Positions 58,730 through 64,000 of a stretch of DNA of 64,000 nucleotides are shown one piece after another. Each line of letters starts with the position of its first letter. The stretch's first letter is position 1. Source of the DNA: Planctomycetota bacterium. GTDB lineage: Bacteria; Planctomycetota; SZUA-567; H5-PLA8. The stretch spans positions 32,001 through 96,000 of the forward strand of contig BTVV01000008.1 of assembly GCA_045863855.1 (NCBI GenBank), written 5' to 3'. Made by a program: the position numbers and the translations under genes. The notes under the pieces were generated by a model. It was not told the origin of the DNA. It did no database searches and saw nothing but the letters and a program-made list of their open reading frames with translations.

Positions 58730-60028
58730 CTATTCCGCGGCGCCGGAATTGCGTTCCTTCAGCATCCGGATGCGCGGTGCGCGGTGCGGGCGCAGTTCGG
58801 GTACCGCGCCGCTCACGGCTTCCGTCGACTGCGGTCCGCCCGACTTCGTGGTGCTTGTCGTCGTGTCCACTTCCAGGAAATGCTTGATCTTCACCGCCGT
58901 GAGCGCCGCGCCCGTTGCCGGATCGCGCATGTAAACCTTCACGTGCTGCGCCGGATCCGTCATCTCAAGCCGCGCCAGGCTGCGCCCCATGTCGTACAGC
59001 AGCCGGTCGCAATGCAGGACGTTTCCCGCGCCGATCAGTTCCACGCGCCCCTTGCACTCGATGCTTTCCAGGCTGCCGGTGAACAGTCCGCTCGGCCCCG
59101 GCGCCGCTTCGACGTTCGGCTCGGTGCTCTGCACCTTCAGGATCAATTCGTCCGTCCAGATCTTCAGGCTCGCCTGCTCGACCTGTACGTTGCGACGCAG
59201 CGTCAGCTTGCCGCTGTAGCTTTCGAAGAGCATCTCGCCGTCGCACGAGATCGTGATGATGCCGCCGCCGGCAACCGAAAACGAGGGCACCAGACTTCCG
59301 GCAACGGGCGCGTCCGGTTCGGCGGTCTTCTCCGGTTCGGGCATGCGCACTTCGGCCAGCGCGCCGCCCAACGCGCGGTACGTATCCAGCCGCAGGTCCA
59401 TCACGAACTTGAACGCCTGCAGCGCGTTCTCGCCGCTGCCCAGCGTCGCCGGCTTGCCTTTCTCCACGTCGCCCGAAACCGTGATCGTCTGCTTCGTCAG
59501 CCGGCCTTTTTCGTCGAAGCGCGATTCGTACTCCAGCGTCTCGCCCTTGGCCCACTGCCCCGGCAGTACGATTTCCACTTTGCCGGTGGCCCGCAGCATC
59601 TCCACGTCGCCCGACGCGATGTCGCGCTCCACGCCGATCGAATCCCCGCGCAGCACCACGCCCGTCGACGGCTGTTCGATCTCCACGCTGTCGCGCAGCG
59701 TCAGGACTTCCTTGCGCGCCGGCTTCCCGTCCTCGCCCTTCACCTCTTTTTCGATGCGCGAGAACGGCCCCAGCGCCTGGATCACGCCGTCGCCGCCGGT
59801 CACGTCCAGCGGGCTTGCGGCCGCGGCCGGATCGGGCTTCGGCTTCTCCTTTTCCGGCTTCTTCGGACCGCCGGGGGAGGGGAGCTTCCACGGAAAGATT
59901 CCGCTGCGCGGCACCGGAACGCGCTGCAATTCCGCTTCGGTAATCGTGAACCCCGGCGCGGGCTCGCCCGCCTGCAGCGCGCCGGCGCAACCGGCCAGAA
60001 GCAGTACGGCCGTCAGGCGGAGGCTCAT
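58730..60028 (-). CDS. Secreted LptA/OstA-like beta-jellyroll protein
   Basis: Signal peptide; ATGKVEI...AKGETLEY, LRRNVQVEQ...DEL, IECKGRVEL...CDRLLYD; downstream of kdsD-kdsC. Confidence 0.6.
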   Translation of the reverse strand: MSLRLTAVLLLAGCAGALQAGEPAPGFTITEAELQRVPVPRSGIFPWKLPSPGGPKKPEKEKPKPDPAAAASPLDVTGGDGVIQALGPFSRIEKEVKGEDGKPARKEVLTLRDSVEIEQPSTGVVLRGDSIGVERDIASGDVEMLRATGKVEIVLPGQWAKGETLEYESRFDEKGRLTKQTITVSGDVEKGKPATLGSGENALQAFKFVMDLRLDTYRALGGALAEVRMPEPEKTAEPDAPVAGSLVPSFSVAGGGIITISCDGEMLFESYSGKLTLRRNVQVEQASLKIWTDELILKVQSTEPNVEAAPGPSGLFTGSLESIECKGRVELIGAGNVLHCDRLLYDMGRSLARLEMTDPAQHVKVYMRDPATGAALTAVKIKHFLEVDTTTSTTKSGGPQSTEAVSGAVPELRPHRAPRIRMLKERNSGAAE

Positions 60029-62814
60029 GGCTGGGCGCTCCTTTTACGCAGGTCCTGCGGTTTGGCGTCGCGCGGCAGCGGCACCACGCCCTGGTACGGC
60101 GTCAGCAGAATGCGTTCCGCCGGCCGGAAGGCGCCCAGCTTCCCGTCGTAGTCGAGACGGTGCTTCGCCCAAAGCAGTTTCGTGCCGCCGTTCGTTTCCT
60201 TGATGTAGATCTGCACCCAATGCTCGCGGTCGTTCATCTTCAAGAATGCCTGATCGTCGATCATATCGAAGTACACGTGATCGCATTGAACCACCTGTGA
60301 ATCCGTCACCACTTCCAGCCGGCCCAGGCACTCGATCGAGCGCGGCGTGCCGGAGAACATCCCCGTCGTCTCGGCCTTCTTCTTCTCGTCCTTCTTATCG
60401 TCTTTTTTGTCGTCCTTGTTTTCTTCCTTCTTGCCCTCGGCTTTCGCGTCTTTCGGCGCGAGCTTCTCTTTCGGCTTGGGCTGATCGAGGCGCAAATACA
60501 GTTCGTCCGCGACGATCCGCATCTGGTCTTGGTACACGTGGACGTTCTTCGAAATCTTGAGCAGCCCCGAAGTCCCGTCGAAAAGCAGGTCGCCGTCGCA
60601 TTGGAAATTGAGCTTCCCGCCGCCGGCCAGCGAAAGGCCCGGCATCAGCGCTGCGCCGCCCGCGGCCTCTTCCGGTTTCGTCGGCGTCGGCGGAGCCGGC
60701 AGCGCCACGCGCGCAACCACGCCGCGGTAGGCGCGGAAGCGGTTATTCAGCGCGTCGATCGCGAACTCAGGGCCCGCGATCGCGCTCCCCCCCTGCCACA
60801 GCATCGCCTGCTGACCCGGAGCGGCCTTGACCGAAAGAATGTTCTCGATCAGCTTGCCTTCGGGGCTGTAGCGCAGGCCCGCGGTGAGCTTCTCGCCTTT
60901 TACCTGCAAGTCTTCCAGACGCACCAGCACCTGGCCTTCGCCTTCCATTCGTTCGAGCCGTCCGCTCGAAGCATCGCGCTCGACGCTCAGCCGCTTGCCC
61001 TGAATCAGCAGCCCGCGCGCTTCCTGTTTGATCGAGACGTCGCCGTCCAGCGAGAGGATTTCCTTCTCGCGCACCGCCTGATCCGGCGGTCCCGGCGGCG
61101 CGTAAAGTTTCCGTGCGAACTCCCCATACCATTCGATCGCCAGTTCGCCCGCGCCCAGGTCGAGGATATGGCCCGCCGGGTTGGGGCTCTCGGGCGTCTT
61201 CGGCGTCTTCGGCGCTTCGCCTTCCGCCGGCGGCTTGCTGCTCAGGAGGCTCATCGCGCCAGGACGGATCACCAGCCGCTTCTTGCCCCACGTGGGCATC
61301 GAGAGCATCTGGTCGCGCCGCGAGATCACGCACTTCGGCGTATACAGTTCGCCCATCTCGTCCACGATCTCGAGCGGGTTGTTGGCGATCCCCTCCAGCG
61401 TCACCGCGTCGGTGCGCCCGTCGAAATAGATGCGCTGGCAGTCGATCCGGAACGGCTGCCGCGGCTTTTCCAGAGGCGTACCCGCCGGCGGCGTCTTCAC
61501 GCCCCCGATGCGAACCTGCCCCAGCGCCTCCGCGTATTCCGGGAACATCGTCGCCGCCAGCCCCGACGGATATTGGATGCAAAGGTGCGTGCAGGTCAGA
61601 TCCGCGTGCGTCGCGTCCGGAGGCAACTTGCCGTCCGGTCCGGGCAAGGGGCGGCGCAGCATCTTCACGCCGTTCAGGAACTCGAAGCGCCGCGCCAGGA
61701 CCACGTCGGCATTCGGATCGCTCGTTTTGATCAGATGCGGCAGCACCGCCAGGTCCAGCACTGCCGGCCCGTTGCAGTGAACTTCCGTCCGAGACCGCGC
61801 TTCCGGCACGGCCGGCTCTTCCGTGGCCGGCGCCGGTTCGGGAGCAGCCGTCGCGCTCGCTTGCGCCTGCTGGAACGGAATCAGTGCCGAACCCATCCCT
61901 TCGGCCACCACCTGAATGTTGCGCCGGAAAACCACCCGCCGCCGCTCGACCGTCGTCGTCCCCACGCGCTGCCCGTTTACCTGCAGCGGATACGGGTCGT
62001 CGCGCGTGCTCGTTTCGAGCACCATGCCTTCGGCCTGGATGTCGATCGAATTCTTCGAACCGTCGGCGTTGAACGCGAGAAAGCGCCCGCGCACCAGCGG
62101 ATCGGGCTCGCCTTCCTTTTCGGAAAGCACGAACAGCACCAGTTCGCTGCTGCCTGTCGTCGGATTGCGCCACGTCCGCCAGCGCAGCCGCTGGCAGCTC
62201 AGGACGCCCGTCGGCTCCAGCTTGTCCCCCGGCAGGTCGTCGGCGTAAATCTCCAGCACCACACCGCCGGTGGCTTCGCCTTCGGCGTTTTCCATGTCGA
62301 TCACGCCGCCCTGAGCCGTGATCGCCACGCGCCCGCGCGGCAGGCTGATCGGAATCGCCGCGGCCGCCGTCGGCGCCGACCCAGGTGGACCGGCCGATCG
62401 CATCGTCTGCGAGACGGCTTCCACCGACTTCGGCGAAATGTAGTAGCAGATCCGCAGCAGGCTCAGCTTGATCTTCTTGTCTTCGCGGATTGCGTCGTCA
62501 GCGCTCAGTTCCAGCACCAGTTCGCGCGTCGAACCTTCGCCCGCGTACACCTCGGTGCTCACTCCGCGTCCGCCGAGGAACCCTTCCATCATCATGCTGT
62601 CGGTGCGTGGCGCGATACCGCCGGTGGCTTCCAGCGGCAGCCGCGCGCGCCGCTGCGCGTCGTCCCACAAGTTCAAGCGTTCGGAAACACGGAAGACGTC
62701 GTTGACCAGCAACTCGCCGGGCGCCGGATTCCCGTGCGCCGGCGCCGCTTCGCCTGCGCGCGCCAGCGCGGCAAACAAGAGCAGCATCGAAAAGTACGCG
62801 TACCGCATCCGCAT
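60025..62814 (-). CDS. Large secreted LptA/LptC/OstA-like multi-repeat protein
   Basis: Signal peptide; repeated jellyroll-like motifs (ATGGV, AEALGQVRI, LDGDVSI, EGEGQV, IECLGRL); start abuts the kdsC stop. Confidence 0.6.
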   Translation of the reverse strand: MRMRYAYFSMLLLFAALARAGEAAPAHGNPAPGELLVNDVFRVSERLNLWDDAQRRARLPLEATGGIAPRTDSMMMEGFLGGRGVSTEVYAGEGSTRELVLELSADDAIREDKKIKLSLLRICYYISPKSVEAVSQTMRSAGPPGSAPTAAAAIPISLPRGRVAITAQGGVIDMENAEGEATGGVVLEIYADDLPGDKLEPTGVLSCQRLRWRTWRNPTTGSSELVLFVLSEKEGEPDPLVRGRFLAFNADGSKNSIDIQAEGMVLETSTRDDPYPLQVNGQRVGTTTVERRRVVFRRNIQVVAEGMGSALIPFQQAQASATAAPEPAPATEEPAVPEARSRTEVHCNGPAVLDLAVLPHLIKTSDPNADVVLARRFEFLNGVKMLRRPLPGPDGKLPPDATHADLTCTHLCIQYPSGLAATMFPEYAEALGQVRIGGVKTPPAGTPLEKPRQPFRIDCQRIYFDGRTDAVTLEGIANNPLEIVDEMGELYTPKCVISRRDQMLSMPTWGKKRLVIRPGAMSLLSSKPPAEGEAPKTPKTPESPNPAGHILDLGAGELAIEWYGEFARKLYAPPGPPDQAVREKEILSLDGDVSIKQEARGLLIQGKRLSVERDASSGRLERMEGEGQVLVRLEDLQVKGEKLTAGLRYSPEGKLIENILSVKAAPGQQAMLWQGGSAIAGPEFAIDALNNRFRAYRGVVARVALPAPPTPTKPEEAAGGAALMPGLSLAGGGKLNFQCDGDLLFDGTSGLLKISKNVHVYQDQMRIVADELYLRLDQPKPKEKLAPKDAKAEGKKEENKDDKKDDKKDEKKKAETTGMFSGTPRSIECLGRLEVVTDSQVVQCDHVYFDMIDDQAFLKMNDREHWVQIYIKETNGGTKLLWAKHRLDYDGKLGAFRPAERILLTPYQGVVPLPRDAKPQDLRKRSAQP

Positions 62815-63399
62815 TCAGCTCTCGCGTCCCAAGTACGCCGCCAGCGTCCGTTCCCACGTCCCGTCCGCGCGCATCTGCAGCAAGTGCTCCAGAATCTGCC
62901 GCACCGCGCCGCGCCCGCCGTTCGCCGCGGCGATTCCGTGGCAGACTTCGCGCACCTGCGGGCGTGCATCGGCCGGACAGCCCGCCCACGCCGCCTCGCG
63001 CAGCACCGGCCAGTCGATCAAGTCGTCGCCCACGTATGCCGCTTCGGAGAGTTGGACGCCCGAAGCCGCCAGCAGCCTCGCGAAACCTTGGCGCTTTCCG
63101 ATCACCCCTTGTAACACCCGCTGGGGCGGGATCTTAAGCTCGGCCGCCCGGCGTTCCACCAGCTTCGACGTACGGGCCGTCAGGAGCCCCACCTCCAGCC
63201 CCGCCAGCCGCGCCAGCACGATCCCCGCACCGTCCTGCACGTAGAAGGTTTTGGCCTCTACCCCGTTCTCGTCCAGCACGATCCCGCCGTCGGTCAGCGT
63301 TCCGTCCACGTCAAGCACCACCAGCTTCAACGCGCGATACACCTCCGCACCGGGAAACCCGCGCCCGCCCGGCCGAACTTCCTGAGGATACTCCGCCAT
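62815..63399 (-). CDS. kdsC: KDO 8-phosphate phosphatase
   Basis: LDVDGTLTDG, FYVQDGAG, AYVGDDLID, GGRGAVR. Confidence 0.9.
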   Translation of the reverse strand: MAEYPQEVRPGGRGFPGAEVYRALKLVVLDVDGTLTDGGIVLDENGVEAKTFYVQDGAGIVLARLAGLEVGLLTARTSKLVERRAAELKIPPQRVLQGVIGKRQGFARLLAASGVQLSEAAYVGDDLIDWPVLREAAWAGCPADARPQVREVCHGIAAANGGRGAVRQILEHLLQMRADGTWERTLAAYLGRES

Positions 63400-63422
63400 C
63401 GCATTCCCTTCCGCCCTGCCGG

Positions 63423-63510
63423 TTCCCCCCTCCCAGTGTTTAGGAGGAGTAGGCGGGCCGTAGCTCCGTGCCTTTTCCCCTCCTTCGTTCAAGGAGGGGT
63501 AGGGGAGGTG
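63423..63510. repeat. Two imperfect copies of a ~38 bp REP-like palindromic repeat
   Basis: TTCCCCCCTCCCAGTGTTTAGGAGGAGTAGGCGGGCCG and TTTTCCCCTCCTTCGTTCAAGGAGGGGTAGGGGAGGTG, 50 bp apart, each with a CCTCC...GGAGG dyad. Confidence 0.55.
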
Positions 63511-63598
63511 CCCTTACCGTTCGCCAAGCCTCGCGTGAGGTTCCAGAGAACTCGGATCGGCGCCCTGGCTCTTGCCGTTCAAGCCCCAATCCAAAATC

Positions 63599-64000
63599 CT
63601 ACAACACCGGCAAGCTCACCAAGTCCTGAATATCCAGCAGCCCCACCACGCGCCCGCGGCGGTCCAGCACCGGCAGCACGTTGATCCGCTTCGCGCCCAT
63701 CAGTTCCTGCGCTTCGGCCACCAGCGTCTCGGCGCCGATCGAGCGGCACGGGCTGGTCATGTGCGCGCCGACCCGCGCGCGGAACTGCGCCGGATCGGAC
63801 AGCATCAGGCGCCGGAAATCGCCGTCGGTAAAGATCCCGCGCAGCCGCCTGCGCGCATCGATCACCACCGCCGCTCCGCAGCGCGCCTTGGTCATGCGGT
63901 CGAGGGCCTCGCCCACCGGCGTCGTCTCGCGGATCAGCACCAGCCGCTCGCCCTTGCGCATCAGATCCTGCGACTGCATCAGCTTCCGGCCCAGCGCTCC
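63599..64000 (-). CDS. kdsD: KpsF/GutQ arabinose-5-phosphate isomerase, C-terminal CBS pair (5'-truncated by the window)
   Basis: GALGRKL...DLMRKG, GIFTDGDFRR, LPVLD...VGLLDIQDL; upstream of kdsC. Confidence 0.85.
   Translation of the reverse strand, partial: GALGRKLMQSQDLMRKGERLVLIRETTPVGEALDRMTKARCGAAVVIDARRRLRGIFTDGDFRRLMLSDPAQFRARVGAHMTSPCRSIGAETLVAEAQELMGAKRINVLPVLDRRGRVVGLLDIQDLVSLPVL

Noticed and set aside
60370..60440. Short tandem-like repeats (TCGTC/TTCTT)
   Set aside because: They encode the Lys/Asp/Glu low-complexity loop of the Lpt-like protein; not a CRISPR or DNA repeat array.
60529..63114. 861-aa plus-strand ORF
   Set aside because: Antisense to the Lpt-like gene and kdsC; no motifs.

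Overview
High-GC, gene-dense bacterial chromosome segment, most likely from a diderm PVC-group organism (Planctomycetota-like; inferred from the protein families present, not proven). Housekeeping genes are scattered rather than in their usual operons: murD, glnD, leuS, tRNA-Ala(GGC), asd, sat, rpmH and kdsD-kdsC. Between them are regulator-led catabolic modules: LacI + PQQ-type beta-propeller + CehA/McbA-like metallohydrolase; LacI + two paralogous beta-helix proteins + C-N hydrolase + DegT aminotransferase + cytochrome c; IclR + PhyH dioxygenase; and GntR + a GH42-like protein. I saw no CRISPR array, transposase, integrase or phage genes. The best candidate for an under-described system is a two-gene unit at 11381-13596: an ABM-family protein resembling the haloarchaeal PitA C-terminal domain, followed by an atypical aldo/keto reductase fused to a chlorite-dismutase/coproheme-decarboxylase domain. 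Also notable are two oversized paralogous LptA/OstA-like genes in the kdsD-kdsC-lpt position, a compact terminator/antiterminator leader before asd, and a recurrent A/G-G-E motif at predicted signal-peptide cleavage sites. All family calls come from motifs read by eye; no database searches were run.
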